A stretch of DNA of 64,000 nt from an uncultured Gemmatimonadales bacterium (GTDB lineage Bacteria > Gemmatimonadota > Gemmatimonadetes > Gemmatimonadales > Gemmatimonadaceae): contig CAWBZV010000010.1 in assembly GCA_963793305.1 (NCBI GenBank), positions 128,001-192,000 of the forward strand, given 5' to 3'. Within the stretch, counting starts at the first letter, position 1. Every line of letters starts with the position of its first letter. The notes under the pieces were generated by a model. That model was not told the DNA's origin. It saw only the letters and a program-made list of their open reading frames with translations, and ran no database searches. Of the stretch, positions 29,824 to 40,062 are shown in pieces. The translations under genes and the position numbers were made by a program.

Positions 29824-31185
29824 TTACACGGCCTCGGAGAGGCTCGTGAAGTTGAAATCGTGAACCTTGATTGGCGGCATCACGACGGCGCCACCGGCCT
29901 CCGTGCCGGCGACCCGCACAGGCTGCCCCATCGCATCGAGGTTCGCGAGCATAAACAACGGCGAATCGTTGAATCGCATGTTACGGACCGCTGCGGAAAT
30001 CTTGCCATTCTCAATGAGAAACGTTCCGTCGCGCGTCAGTCCCGTGTAGAGGATCGTCCGCGGGTCGACTTCGCGTAAGTACCAGAGTCGTGTGACGAGC
30101 ACGCCGCGCGGTGTGGACGCGATCATCTCGTCAATCGTTTGCGTGGGACCCGTCCCCTGGAGCTTGATCGACCCGGGATTCCCGGTCGCCGGCTGCTTCG
30201 ATTTTTTTCCCCAGTACCGCGTGTACTGTAGCTGTTGCAGGGTGCCTTTGTCGATCCATACCTGACGGCCGAGCGGCAAGCCTTCGAAGTCGAACGGCGT
30301 ATCGAGCAGTTGATCATCGCGTGGATCGGACAGCAGCATAACCCGTGCATCGACGATCTTCTGCCCGACTTTGTTACCGCCACCGGCCTTCGTGAACGGG
30401 CTGCGACCTTCGTCGGCGGAGCGCGCGTCGAGATATCCGCTGATGAGTTGCACGAGATCACCAACGGCCTGCGGCTCGAAGATGACCGTGTAGCGACCTG
30501 GCTCGATCGCTTTCGGGCTCCTCGAGGCGCGCGCTTTCTCCAGCGCATGCGCACTCGTCGCCGCGAAATCGATCTTCGCCCAGTCGGGATGCTCGGCGCC
30601 CGCCCAACCCGAACCCGTGCCGTCGGTCGTCCGAACCGTAATCGTATAGTTCGCATTCGTCGACCGATGATAGGCAAAGAGGCCGCCCGAGTTCCCCACC
30701 ACCGTCGCGGTCGCGTTGACGATCAAGAACCCCGCGGCATTGACATCGCCAGCGGCGCGCGCCGGCGCCAGCGCCGCGAGCGCCGCGCGCGCACGATCCT
30801 CGGGCGAGACGTTGGCCGTCGCCTCGAAATACGCCGGGACGGACTGATACGACTGCTTCGGCAGCTCCGGCATACTCTCCGGATCATCCGGCGCGAGCTT
30901 CGCCAACGCCTCGGAGGACGCGATCACCCGTGCGACCGACGCGTCTGACAGGTCATTGGTGGTCGCAATCGCATGCTTCGCGCCGAACGCGCTCGTGACG
31001 ACCAATTGCGCGTCGGTGACCGCGCCCGAGGTCGACATTTGGTTCGCGGCGAACCGGAGGTTCGTCGTATACGTGCTTTGCAGGTTGACGTGCACCGCGT
31101 CGGCTTTCGACTGCTTGACGACCCTGGCGACCAACGCCTCGGCGTCAGATTGCGTGGTCAGCGCGTTCGCGGGAAGGCCGGCCAT
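29824..31185 (-). CDS. TldE/PmbA family protein
   Basis: RFAANQ, IEPGRYTVIFEP.AV and TGLTRDGTFLIENGKI; lacks HExxxH. Confidence 0.93.
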   Translation of the reverse strand: MAGLPANALTTQSDAEALVARVVKQSKADAVHVNLQSTYTTNLRFAANQMSTSGAVTDAQLVVTSAFGAKHAIATTNDLSDASVARVIASSEALAKLAPDDPESMPELPKQSYQSVPAYFEATANVSPEDRARAALAALAPARAAGDVNAAGFLIVNATATVVGNSGGLFAYHRSTNANYTITVRTTDGTGSGWAGAEHPDWAKIDFAATSAHALEKARASRSPKAIEPGRYTVIFEPQAVGDLVQLISGYLDARSADEGRSPFTKAGGGNKVGQKIVDARVMLLSDPRDDQLLDTPFDFEGLPLGRQVWIDKGTLQQLQYTRYWGKKSKQPATGNPGSIKLQGTGPTQTIDEMIASTPRGVLVTRLWYLREVDPRTILYTGLTRDGTFLIENGKISAAVRNMRFNDSPLFMLANLDAMGQPVRVAGTEAGGAVVMPPIKVHDFNFTSLSEAV

Positions 31186-32804
31186 CAAGCTTTCCGTCCG
31201 GTGTTGATGACGTTGATCTGGCGGAATCGCGCCGGGACGACGCCGTGGCTCACGGCGTTCACCTGGCCGGGCTGCCCTTTGCCATCGAAGAAGCTGCCGC
31301 CCAGCATGTAGCCGCGCTTCCCGCCGATCATATCCATCGAGTTCCAGAAATCCGGCGTCCGCATCTGGTAGGCAACGTCTTTGAGCATCCCGACGATCTT
31401 GCCGCCCTTGATCTCGTAGAACAACTGACCACCGAACTGGGCATTGTAGCGCTGTTGATCGATCGAGAACGATCCGTCGCCGATGATGGCGATGCCCGAG
31501 TCCGTGGCGGCGATCAGATCCTCCCACACCAGATCTTTTTCACCAGGCAGCAACGAGACGTTGGGCATCCGCTGGAACTGGACGTCGTTCCAGTTATCCG
31601 CGTAGGAATTGCCATGCGACCGCGTCGGCCGGCCCTGGGAGTCGTACCACCATTTCAGCCACATCGCTTGCTCGCGCGTGGTCTGATAGTCGTTCACGAT
31701 GCCGTTCTTGATGACCAGGAACGTCTCGGGCTGCACTCCCTCATCATCGTATCCCGTCGTGGCGCAACCGCCGGCTTGGGACCGGTCGCCCTGGACGTTC
31801 ATGAATTCGGGACCGTACTTGAACTTCCCGAGCATCTTCTCCGGCGGCGAGACGAAGCTGGTCCCCGCGTAGTTGGCCTCGTATCCGTTCGCCCGGTCGA
31901 GCTCCGTGGGGTGCGCGACACTCTCGTGCAGCGTCAGCCAGAGGTGCGTCGGGTGGAGCACGAGATCATACCGGCCGACCTCAACCGGCTTCGCCTTGAG
32001 CTTTTGGGCGGCCTCTTCTCCCCACTTGCCGGCGTTTCCTATCGGGTCCTGCTCCAGCAGGTACTCGTACCCCCGTCCCATCGGCTGAATCGTGTTCGTC
32101 CGGATCTGGAAGTCCGAGTTGTCGGCCGAGATCGCGGTGATCTGCATCGGCAGCCAACTCCGGACGATCACCTGGTTGATGACCGCGCCGTCCGTATTCG
32201 CGTAGTTCTTGTCTTCCTTCACGAAGAACATCGAGCTGTTCACGAACTTGACGCCGGCGACCTTGAGCGCCTCGGTGTTGGCCTTGATCAGGAGATCGGC
32301 CTTCTGCTCGATGGGAATCGTGAACGGGTCGGTCGTGTATCCGCTCGTCCAGCTCACCTCGCCGACCGACGGCGTGGGCGCCAACTCGACCGCGCGATCG
32401 CGCGCGATACGGTTGGCTTTGGCGATCGCGACCGCGTCTTTGGCGGCGCTGGCCACGCCATCGGGCGTCAAAGACCGCGTCGCCGCGAAACCCCACGTGC
32501 CGTCGACGAGCACGCGAACGCCGCAGCCCATCGTATCCGTGTCGACAACCTGAATGATCTGCTTTTCGCGGGTGACGACGAAATTATTGCGATAGTGGCC
32601 AATTCTAGCGTCTGCGTAGCCTGCGCCGGCCATCTTCGCGGCGTTCAAGGCATCCATCAGGAGCGCTTTCACGCCCGCATCCATGGGCGCGGCGGCCGCC
32701 GGCGACCGCACATCCAGCGACGCGAGAGCATCCGCGTACCGCGGCAAGACCGACAGGCCTACTGCTGCTGCTCCAGTTTTGACGAACTCGCGTCGAGTGG
32801 TCAT
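31185..32804 (-). CDS. tldD: TldD family metalloprotease with Tat signal
   Basis: HESVAHPTELDR, QRMPNVSL, GKGQPGQ..VSHG; N-terminal TTRREFVK. Confidence 0.93.
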   Translation of the reverse strand: MTTRREFVKTGAAAVGLSVLPRYADALASLDVRSPAAAAPMDAGVKALLMDALNAAKMAGAGYADARIGHYRNNFVVTREKQIIQVVDTDTMGCGVRVLVDGTWGFAATRSLTPDGVASAAKDAVAIAKANRIARDRAVELAPTPSVGEVSWTSGYTTDPFTIPIEQKADLLIKANTEALKVAGVKFVNSSMFFVKEDKNYANTDGAVINQVIVRSWLPMQITAISADNSDFQIRTNTIQPMGRGYEYLLEQDPIGNAGKWGEEAAQKLKAKPVEVGRYDLVLHPTHLWLTLHESVAHPTELDRANGYEANYAGTSFVSPPEKMLGKFKYGPEFMNVQGDRSQAGGCATTGYDDEGVQPETFLVIKNGIVNDYQTTREQAMWLKWWYDSQGRPTRSHGNSYADNWNDVQFQRMPNVSLLPGEKDLVWEDLIAATDSGIAIIGDGSFSIDQQRYNAQFGGQLFYEIKGGKIVGMLKDVAYQMRTPDFWNSMDMIGGKRGYMLGGSFFDGKGQPGQVNAVSHGVVPARFRQINVINTGRKA

Positions 32805-32913
32805 ATCGCGGTTGACATCATTAAATCGCTTCGCGCGAATATAGATAGCGTAAGTTCGCATTGCAATACACGTTGGCTGGATTTCAGTTCAACGTGCTAT
32901 CACTTTTCGTCGC

Positions 32914-33939
32914 GTGAGAGCTCTCGTGAAGCTTGATAGCGGTCCCGGAATGGTGCTCCGTGACGTTCCCGAACCCACTCCACGCGATGATGAGGTCCTG
33001 ATTCGCGTCCGCCGCGCCGGCGTGTGCGGCACCGATGTACACATCTACGACTGGGACGACTGGGCCAAACGCCGTGTCGTCCCACCGATCATTGTCGGAC
33101 ACGAATTTGCCGGCGATGTCGTCGAGGTCGGATCCCTGGTGAAGGATGTCAGAACCGGCGATCGGGTGACCGCCGAAGGGCATATCGTCGACGGACGGTG
33201 CCTCCTCTGCCGCACCGGCAACGCACACGTCTGTCCCTATACGAAGATCATTGGCGTCGACCGCGATGGATGCTTCGCGGACTATATCGTGATGCCGGCG
33301 ACGAATGTCTGGCACCTCGACGACGCGATCTCGTACGACGTTGGCGGTATCCACGATCCCATGGGCAACGCGTTCCACACGACATTGACGGCCGAAATCC
33401 CCGGCGCGGTCGTTTTGGTCACCGGATGCGGCCCGATCGGGATCTTCGCCGTTGGCATCGCCAAAGCAGCCGGTGCCGCGCGCGTGATCGCCTCCGATGT
33501 CAACGACACGCGACTCGCGCTCGCCCGGCAGATGGGCGCCGATGACATCGTCCACCCGAACGAGGCCGACGCCGTCGTGCGCGCCGCGACCGGCGGACTC
33601 GGCGTCGACGTCGTGCTCGAGATGTCAGGCGTGCCCTCCGCGATCCATCAGGCGTTCAAGCTCGTCCGCGTCGGCGGCCGGGTCCAAATGCTCGGCATCC
33701 CCGCCAAACCGATGGAAGTCGACTTCGCGACCGAAGTCATCTTCAAAGGCCTGACCATCTACGGTGTCGTCGGACGCCGCATGTACGAGACGTGGCACCA
33801 AATGACGCGATTCTTGCGGTCCGGACAGTTCGATCCGACGCCGGTCATCACGCACCGGTTCCCGCTGGAAGCGGTCGACGAGGCCATGCGCGTCATCAAG
33901 TCCGGCGAGGCCGGCAAAGTGATCTTCGAGGTGGCATGA
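32914..33939 (+). CDS. tdh: L-threonine 3-dehydrogenase
   Basis: CGTDVHIY.WD.W, GHEFAG and DPMGNA.HT; adjacent to kbl. Confidence 0.96.
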   Translation: MRALVKLDSGPGMVLRDVPEPTPRDDEVLIRVRRAGVCGTDVHIYDWDDWAKRRVVPPIIVGHEFAGDVVEVGSLVKDVRTGDRVTAEGHIVDGRCLLCRTGNAHVCPYTKIIGVDRDGCFADYIVMPATNVWHLDDAISYDVGGIHDPMGNAFHTTLTAEIPGAVVLVTGCGPIGIFAVGIAKAAGAARVIASDVNDTRLALARQMGADDIVHPNEADAVVRAATGGLGVDVVLEMSGVPSAIHQAFKLVRVGGRVQMLGIPAKPMEVDFATEVIFKGLTIYGVVGRRMYETWHQMTRFLRSGQFDPTPVITHRFPLEAVDEAMRVIKSGEAGKVIFEVA

Positions 33940-35132
33940 TGACGCTGACCACAGAGCTCGCCTCCGGGTTGGATCAACTCCGGCGCGACAAAGTCTATAA
34001 GCAGCTGAACTATCTGGATTCGCCGCAGGCTCCCCGCGTACGGATGGAGGGTCGTGGTGAGGTCCTGATCCTGTCGTCGAACAACTATCTCGGCCTGGCC
34101 GACGATCCCGCCGTCGTCCAAGCCGGAATCGATGGACTGCGGCGGTTCGGCGCGGGCACCGCCAGTGTTCGTTTTATTTGTGGGACGTTCACAATTCATC
34201 GTGAGCTCGAGCATGCCATTGCACGATTCATGGGCACGGAGTCGGCGCTCTCGTTTCTTTCGGCTTGGAACGCCAACGAAGGCCTGACACCATCGATCGT
34301 CAGTGAAGGCGACCTGGTGGTCTCCGATGCGCTCAATCACGCCTCGATCATCGACTCCATCCGGCTGGCGAAGGCGATCACCAAGTGCACCACCGCCGTC
34401 TACAAGCACGGCGACATGGACGATCTCGTCGCCAAGCTCACCTCGGCGCCCAACGCCAAGCGCAAGCTGATCTGGACCGATGGCATCTTCTCAATGGAAG
34501 GGAGCATCGCCAAGCTCCCCGAGATTCTGGAGATCGGGCGCCAGTATCATGCGACCGTCATCGTCGACGATTCCCACGCAACCGGCGTACTCGGTCGCAC
34601 CGGTCGCGGGACCGCGGAGCATTATGGGCTGCACGGTGAAGTCGAGATTACGACATCGACACTTGGCAAAGCACTCGGCGGCGCTTCTGGTGGATTTGTC
34701 GCCGCATTGGCCGCATTGACTGATACGTTAACGCAGCGCTCGCGCCCGCAACTGTTCTCCAACGCATTACCACCCACCGTTGCGGCAAGCGCGCTGGCCG
34801 CCGTGCAACTATTGGAGCAGCATCCCGAGCGCGTGGAGCGGCTGCGCGAGAATACGCGCTACTTCCGCGAGGCCATCATCGAGGCGGGCCTCAAGCCTAT
34901 CCCCGGCGATACGCCCATTGTGCCTATCATAGTTGGCGAGACGGCCACCGCCATCGCGATGAGCGATCGCATGCTGCAGCGCGGCGTGTTTGTGACCGGA
35001 TTCGGGTATCCGGTCGTACCGCATGGGACCGCGCGCATTCGGTGCCAGATATCCGCGGCTCATACGAAGGGCGACCTCGACGAGGCCATCGCCGCCATCC
35101 GTGACGTTGCGCGGGAATTGGGCGTCATCTGA
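33936..35132 (+). CDS. kbl: 2-amino-3-ketobutyrate CoA ligase
   Basis: SNNYLGLA, ASVRFICGT, DDSHATG, TLGKALGG and RSRPQLFSN. Confidence 0.95.
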   Translation: MMTLTTELASGLDQLRRDKVYKQLNYLDSPQAPRVRMEGRGEVLILSSNNYLGLADDPAVVQAGIDGLRRFGAGTASVRFICGTFTIHRELEHAIARFMGTESALSFLSAWNANEGLTPSIVSEGDLVVSDALNHASIIDSIRLAKAITKCTTAVYKHGDMDDLVAKLTSAPNAKRKLIWTDGIFSMEGSIAKLPEILEIGRQYHATVIVDDSHATGVLGRTGRGTAEHYGLHGEVEITTSTLGKALGGASGGFVAALAALTDTLTQRSRPQLFSNALPPTVAASALAAVQLLEQHPERVERLRENTRYFREAIIEAGLKPIPGDTPIVPIIVGETATAIAMSDRMLQRGVFVTGFGYPVVPHGTARIRCQISAAHTKGDLDEAIAAIRDVARELGVI

Positions 35133-35449
35133 GTCAGCCGGACGTGCACGAATAACCGTCGCCAGCTCGCGATATCGTCAGTTCCCACTGACTCCACGCG
35201 AGCCTGGCAACGGCCGCCGTCGAGCATCCACGGCGCGAGCCACGCGGCAATCTGCTGCGGCAGGTGACCGACCACGTCTCCGCCCTCGGCGTGCACCCAG
35301 ACCGCGGGCACCTCGGCGCCGGGCGGGTCGGGAATCAGCAATAGCGCGTCCCCCACCTGGAGCCGGTGGACGACCCGCATTCGCTGCCCGAAGACCGTCC
35401 CATGCACGGCGGTGCTGAACTCTTCCTGGTCCTCTGGTGGCCGGATCAT
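35060..35449 (-). CDS. Stand-alone HIRAN domain protein
   Basis: V.GT.F..R...L.VGD.L.L.PDP....AV.V....VGHLP pattern. Confidence 0.75.
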   Translation of the reverse strand: MIRPPEDQEEFSTAVHGTVFGQRMRVVHRLQVGDALLLIPDPPGAEVPAVWVHAEGGDVVGHLPQQIAAWLAPWMLDGGRCQARVESVGTDDIASWRRLFVHVRLTQMTPNSRATSRMAAMASSRSPFV

Positions 35450-35528
35450 GTGACCGAATCAGTCAACTCGTCGTCGGAAGCATGAATCGATGCTGATCAC
35501 GCATATCCATTTTTTGAGGTTCAGGCAC

Positions 35529-36248
35529 ATGCGGCTCAACCGGGGCCTTCTCTCGGGGCTCGCCTCGCTCGCGCTGCTTCCGGCGATCGGACGCGCGCAA
35601 GCACCGGGCTCGAATTTCACGAACTCGTGGTTCTGGGGCGTGAGCGGTGGAATGATGACGTACTGGACGACAAACGTCGCTCACGCGCAAGCACCGACCG
35701 CCGGAATCGAATGGTTGATCACCCGCAAGCATACCGCCTTATACATCGGGGTTGACCAGTCATTCTTCAAGACCACGTCGCTCCAGTATGGGGAGGTCGG
35801 CATCCAATATGGCGACAGCACGCGATCGCTTTCGAACGCCACGCAGATAGGATATTCTCACCAGGCGACGATCCATAACTCGCGGCATATCAACCTCGCG
35901 TTGATGGGATTTCCCGGGAGCGGTCCGATCCGCCCATACGCCGGCCTTGGGGTTTCGCTCAACTTCGTGCAGAACGCCGTCGCCAACCCCATTTTCCCGG
36001 GCTCCAATCCATATAATTTCGGGAACGCGGCCTACTGGGTACCGCAAGCATTCGGCACCGAGGAACTCGACCAACAGGCGTACTGGGTGAGTCCGCTGGT
36101 CATGGGTGGCTTGCAGATTCAGGTGAGCCGCTTCTCGGTGTTCGGTCAGGCGAAGATCATGACGACCGACGGCCGGCACCTGTTCTCGGATGGCGCGTTC
36201 TTCACCGTGGAAGCCGGTGTTCGCTACAACGTCGCGACGATCTTCTAG
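35529..36248 (+). CDS. Outer-membrane beta-barrel protein
   Basis: Signal peptide, RPYAGLGV, C-terminal VEAGVRYN..F. Confidence 0.8.
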   Translation: MRLNRGLLSGLASLALLPAIGRAQAPGSNFTNSWFWGVSGGMMTYWTTNVAHAQAPTAGIEWLITRKHTALYIGVDQSFFKTTSLQYGEVGIQYGDSTRSLSNATQIGYSHQATIHNSRHINLALMGFPGSGPIRPYAGLGVSLNFVQNAVANPIFPGSNPYNFGNAAYWVPQAFGTEELDQQAYWVSPLVMGGLQIQVSRFSVFGQAKIMTTDGRHLFSDGAFFTVEAGVRYNVATIF

Positions 36249-37219
36249 AGTAGGCGGAGCATGTTGAGGCCGAGCACCTGAGCGATCTCGGCCGCGGACC
36301 ACCCGCGGTCGAGTAGGGCGCCAGCGATGCTCGGCATTGCCGCGACATCCTCCAGGCCGACCGGTACGGCAGAAATCCCGTCGAAATCGCTGCCGAGCCC
36401 TACGTGATCGATGCCGGCCACGTCAGCGATATGCTCGATGTGGTCGATCACCCGCGAGAGCGGAACTGGCTCCGGGTAACGGGCATCGAGGAACTTGGGG
36501 TAGAAGTTCACGTTGATCACGCCGCCTGACGCGGCGACCGCGCGCAGCTGATCATCCGTCAGGTTGCGGTCAACGTCGTTCAACGCCCGCGCGCTCGAGT
36601 GCGACGCGATCACGGGGCGGTCACTGACCGCGAGCACGTCGGTCAGCGTCTCGGGCGACACATGGGAGACATTGACGAGCATCCCGAGCCGGTTCATCGC
36701 TCGGATCACCTCCCGTCCAAATGCGGTCAGCCCGCCCGTGCGTGTGCCATCGACACCCTTGGATGATCCCGCCCAATCATTTCCGTTGATCCACGTGAGC
36801 GTGAGATATCGCGCACCGCGGTCCCGCAACGCGGTCAGCTTCTCCAGCGAATTCTCAATCGCGTGCCCGCCTTCGACGGCCGCGAACACGGCGATTTTGC
36901 GCGCCCGCTTCGCGGCGCGCACATTGTCCGCTGTCTCGGCAAATGTCAGGTGATCCGGATGCCTGGCGATGAATGCATGAATCACGTCCAACCCGGCCAT
37001 CGCTCGCGCGAACGAGCCATCTGGTGACTGCGCCGCGTACTTCGCGTCCACCCACGAGGCAAAGAATGTCGCCGTCAACCCGGACGCGATGAGACGGGGG
37101 ACGTCAGTATGATGGCCATCGCCGACCGGGTGCGCGATATCGGGGTCATACCCTTCATCGAGCACCTTGGACGGCATGTCGTTGTGCATGTCAATCACGA
37201 TCATCTCGTCGTACGTCAT
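36245..37219 (-). CDS. Membrane dipeptidase (M19)
   Basis: DMHND, VEGGH, IASHSS and HVGLGSDFDG. Confidence 0.94.
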   Translation of the reverse strand: MTYDEMIVIDMHNDMPSKVLDEGYDPDIAHPVGDGHHTDVPRLIASGLTATFFASWVDAKYAAQSPDGSFARAMAGLDVIHAFIARHPDHLTFAETADNVRAAKRARKIAVFAAVEGGHAIENSLEKLTALRDRGARYLTLTWINGNDWAGSSKGVDGTRTGGLTAFGREVIRAMNRLGMLVNVSHVSPETLTDVLAVSDRPVIASHSSARALNDVDRNLTDDQLRAVAASGGVINVNFYPKFLDARYPEPVPLSRVIDHIEHIADVAGIDHVGLGSDFDGISAVPVGLEDVAAMPSIAGALLDRGWSAAEIAQVLGLNMLRLL

Positions 37220-37779
37220 GTGGACACCCACTTGTTGTCGCGGACGTAGTACCGCTGCGGCCAATCAGCGGCCTTGGTGAGCCCGATACGCGCCGAGATC
37301 ACCACGTCGTCATCGCTCACGGGCTCGGCCGCGCGAACCATCAACGGTGGCCGGTTGAGAGGAAGGCCGCCGTGGCGCCCGTCGATGGCGAGCGCGACAC
37401 AGAGTTTGCCCGGTCCTCTCGTGAGATCCGCGCGGCCTCGACGCCGGCGCATCAGGTCGACACCGTCGAGCGGCTCGAGCGCGCGAATCAAGACCGCGCT
37501 GCCGTATCCGACCGGGCCCGTGACGCAGTTCATGCACCAGTACATCCCATAGATCAAGTACACGTACGATGTGCCTGGCGGGCCGTGCAGATCGCGCGTG
37601 CGAGTCGTGAGCCCGGCCGCCGCATGGCAGGCCGGGTCGTGGGGGCCGAGATAGGCTTCCGTCTCGACGATGCGCCCCGACGTACGGCCATGCGACAACA
37701 CGGCCCCGAGCAATTCCCGGGCGACGATCCCCGTCTCTCGATCGTAGAACGCCGCCGTGAACGACTTACCCGCTTTCAG
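37216..37779 (-). CDS. mpg: 3-methyladenine DNA glycosylase (AAG/MPG family)
   Basis: FYDR..VARELLG, IVETEAY, YVYLIYGMY, AVLIRALEP, GPGKL and RIG; CTG start proposed. Confidence 0.94.
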   Translation of the reverse strand: MKAGKSFTAAFYDRETGIVARELLGAVLSHGRTSGRIVETEAYLGPHDPACHAAAGLTTRTRDLHGPPGTSYVYLIYGMYWCMNCVTGPVGYGSAVLIRALEPLDGVDLMRRRRGRADLTRGPGKLCVALAIDGRHGGLPLNRPPLMVRAAEPVSDDDVVISARIGLTKAADWPQRYYVRDNKWVST

Positions 37780-39515
37780 GTCTCGCTGCTCCCGGGTGCG
37801 ACTTTGCTCGCCGTCTTGCGAGGCCGCTTCCGCGCCGCGGTCGCGCGCGCCTTCGGTGCGTCGCTCTCGGCCGCTTTCGCCGGCGCCCGTTTCCGTGCGG
37901 TGCTGCTGCGACGTGGCTTCTCCGCCGCGACCGGCGGCTCCGCGACAGCGACCGCGGCAACGACCGGAACCTCGGGTATGTGAGGTGCGTGAACGACGGC
38001 CGGTGGGTGTACGTCGACGACCCCGATGCTCAAGAGCTCGGGCGGGGGTGCCGCAACTTTGCCGCGAACCCCCTGACGCGTGCGACCGCCGACACCGCGC
38101 GGGGCCATCCCGCGAGGCGCGTGCGTGGGCTTCGCCGTGGATGGTGATGCGGTAGTCGCGTGGCCCGCCTCATCGTGGCGCGTGGCCGCGGCAGCGAGGT
38201 TGAGCTGCTCGGACACTGGAGCGGCGGTCACCGCTGGTGCGACCTCGAAGTCGTCGCCGCGACGGCGAAGATCGATCACGTCGGCATCGTGCGCGTCGCG
38301 GAGAATGCGGGCGAAATTGTCCTGGCTCAAGCTCGCGCTGTCACGGCCGAGGATCTCGCGAGCCTTGGTCCGCACGGCCGAGGCGCGCGCGGGACGCTCA
38401 TCAGTCGCGAGCGCACCTACTGCTTCGCGCACGAGACGGAATGCTTCATCCCGCGTCAGACGCTCGCCGCTCGTGCCAATGCCATCATCAACAACGGCTG
38501 GCTGGGCCACAACAACAGCAACGGGAACCGGGCGCTCGGCGGCGCGGTCGCCCCGATCAGGACGATCAGCACGATCCCGCCCGCGGCCTCCACGACGACC
38601 ACGGCGGCCGGCGCGCTCTTCGGAGCTGCGCTCCTCGCTCACTGGCGTTGAAGGCGCCTCGACCACGGTGGCAGGCAGTGCAACCGGAGCCTCGGCCGTC
38701 TTCGGCTTGGGCGGGCCGACTTCGAGCTGGCCGGTGTCGAGCTTCGTCACCGACAACAAGCCACGGCCGGCCGCCTCGGTCACGAAGCGCGAGAACTTCG
38801 ACATGCCGAGGTTCTTCTCATCGAACGTCGAGTCGATGTCCTGCATGACTTGCTTGAGGCGATCGGCGCGCATGACGTTGCCGTTCCGCTGCATCCGTTG
38901 GATCGCCTCGCTCACGAGCTCCCACGGATCGCGACGCCCGGCGGTGTCCTCGCTCTCGGTTCGGACGAGACCGGCCAGCGCGTTGTACGAGTAGTACTCG
39001 TCACAGTTCATGACGAGGAGATCGCTCGACGACTCGCGAATGCCGACGCCGATGACGTACTTCCCGTACTCTTTCAGCTTGATGACGAGCGTCGAAAAAT
39101 CCGAATCGCCCGAGAGCAGGATATAGGTCCCGATTTCTGGACGCGTGAAGACCAACTCGAGCGCGTCGATCGCGAGACGGATATCCGTCGCGTTCTTTTT
39201 CGAGGAGCCGTAGGCCGGCGCCATGATCATGTCGATCGATGACTCGGCTAACGGCGCGACGTATTGGGGATAGCGGCGCCAATCGGCGTAGGCGCGGCGA
39301 AGCTGGACCTTCCCCTTGATAATGTCAGACGCCAGCAGGTTTCTGAGCTCCGATTGCAAGTCGGAGCGAATCCCCATCGTCACGTTGTCGAAATCGATCA
39401 GGAGCGCCGCGTTCGGGGAGTACGTCACCGGAGTCGCGAGGGCCACGTGCGGGGCAACGGGGATGGCTGGCTTAGAACTGGATGGGGTATGGCGTGATGG
39501 TTGGCGGGAATTCAT
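37776..39515 (-). CDS. NYN-domain ribonuclease-like protein with LOTUS/OST-HTH domain and long disordered basic tail
   Basis: LIDFDN, KNATDIRLAIDA, SGDSDF; FDEKNLGMSKFSRFV LOTUS-like segment. Confidence 0.9.
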   Translation of the reverse strand: MNSRQPSRHTPSSSKPAIPVAPHVALATPVTYSPNAALLIDFDNVTMGIRSDLQSELRNLLASDIIKGKVQLRRAYADWRRYPQYVAPLAESSIDMIMAPAYGSSKKNATDIRLAIDALELVFTRPEIGTYILLSGDSDFSTLVIKLKEYGKYVIGVGIRESSSDLLVMNCDEYYSYNALAGLVRTESEDTAGRRDPWELVSEAIQRMQRNGNVMRADRLKQVMQDIDSTFDEKNLGMSKFSRFVTEAAGRGLLSVTKLDTGQLEVGPPKPKTAEAPVALPATVVEAPSTPVSEERSSEERAGRRGRRGGRGRDRADRPDRGDRAAERPVPVAVVVAQPAVVDDGIGTSGERLTRDEAFRLVREAVGALATDERPARASAVRTKAREILGRDSASLSQDNFARILRDAHDADVIDLRRRGDDFEVAPAVTAAPVSEQLNLAAAATRHDEAGHATTASPSTAKPTHAPRGMAPRGVGGRTRQGVRGKVAAPPPELLSIGVVDVHPPAVVHAPHIPEVPVVAAVAVAEPPVAAEKPRRSSTARKRAPAKAAESDAPKARATAARKRPRKTASKVAPGSSET

Positions 39516-39623
39516 GAACTGGAAGGGTATCGAACAACGTCAGCGGAGCGGTGCCGCTCTCGCCGAACACACCTCGCACAGGCGTCGTTCGACGGGATGC
39601 CGGCTAACCGTAATATCTGCAAC

Positions 39624-40046
39624 CTACTCGCCCATGGCCTTAATAACCACCCTCTTCCGGCGCTGGCCGTCCCATTCGCCGTAGAAGACCCGCTGCCAGG
39701 GGCCAAAATCCAGCGCCCCATTCGTGACGGGAACGATGACCTCATGACCCACCGTTAACGACCGCAGATGCGCGGCCGCATTGTCCTCGCCGGTCCCCCG
39801 ATTGTGCCGATACTCGTCGGGTGACCAAGGGGCAACTCGTTGCTCCAACCAGTCCAGGATATCACGCCACAACCCGGGTTCATGATCGTTCACGAACACC
39901 GACGCGGAGATATGCATCGCCGACACGAGCACCATACCCTCGGTGATACCGGCTGCCGCCCGACAGGCCTCGACCTGGTCCGTGATATCGATGATCTCCT
40001 GGCGTTTGGCTGTATCGAATGTCAGATATACAGTATGCGTTTTCAT
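39624..40046 (-). CDS. yjbQ: UPF0047 / YjbQ family protein
   Basis: HISASVFVN, EDNAAAHL and GPWQRVFYGEWDG. Confidence 0.93.
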   Translation of the reverse strand: MKTHTVYLTFDTAKRQEIIDITDQVEACRAAAGITEGMVLVSAMHISASVFVNDHEPGLWRDILDWLEQRVAPWSPDEYRHNRGTGEDNAAAHLRSLTVGHEVIVPVTNGALDFGPWQRVFYGEWDGQRRKRVVIKAMGE

Positions 40047-40062
40047 ATAGTTGGGTAATCTC

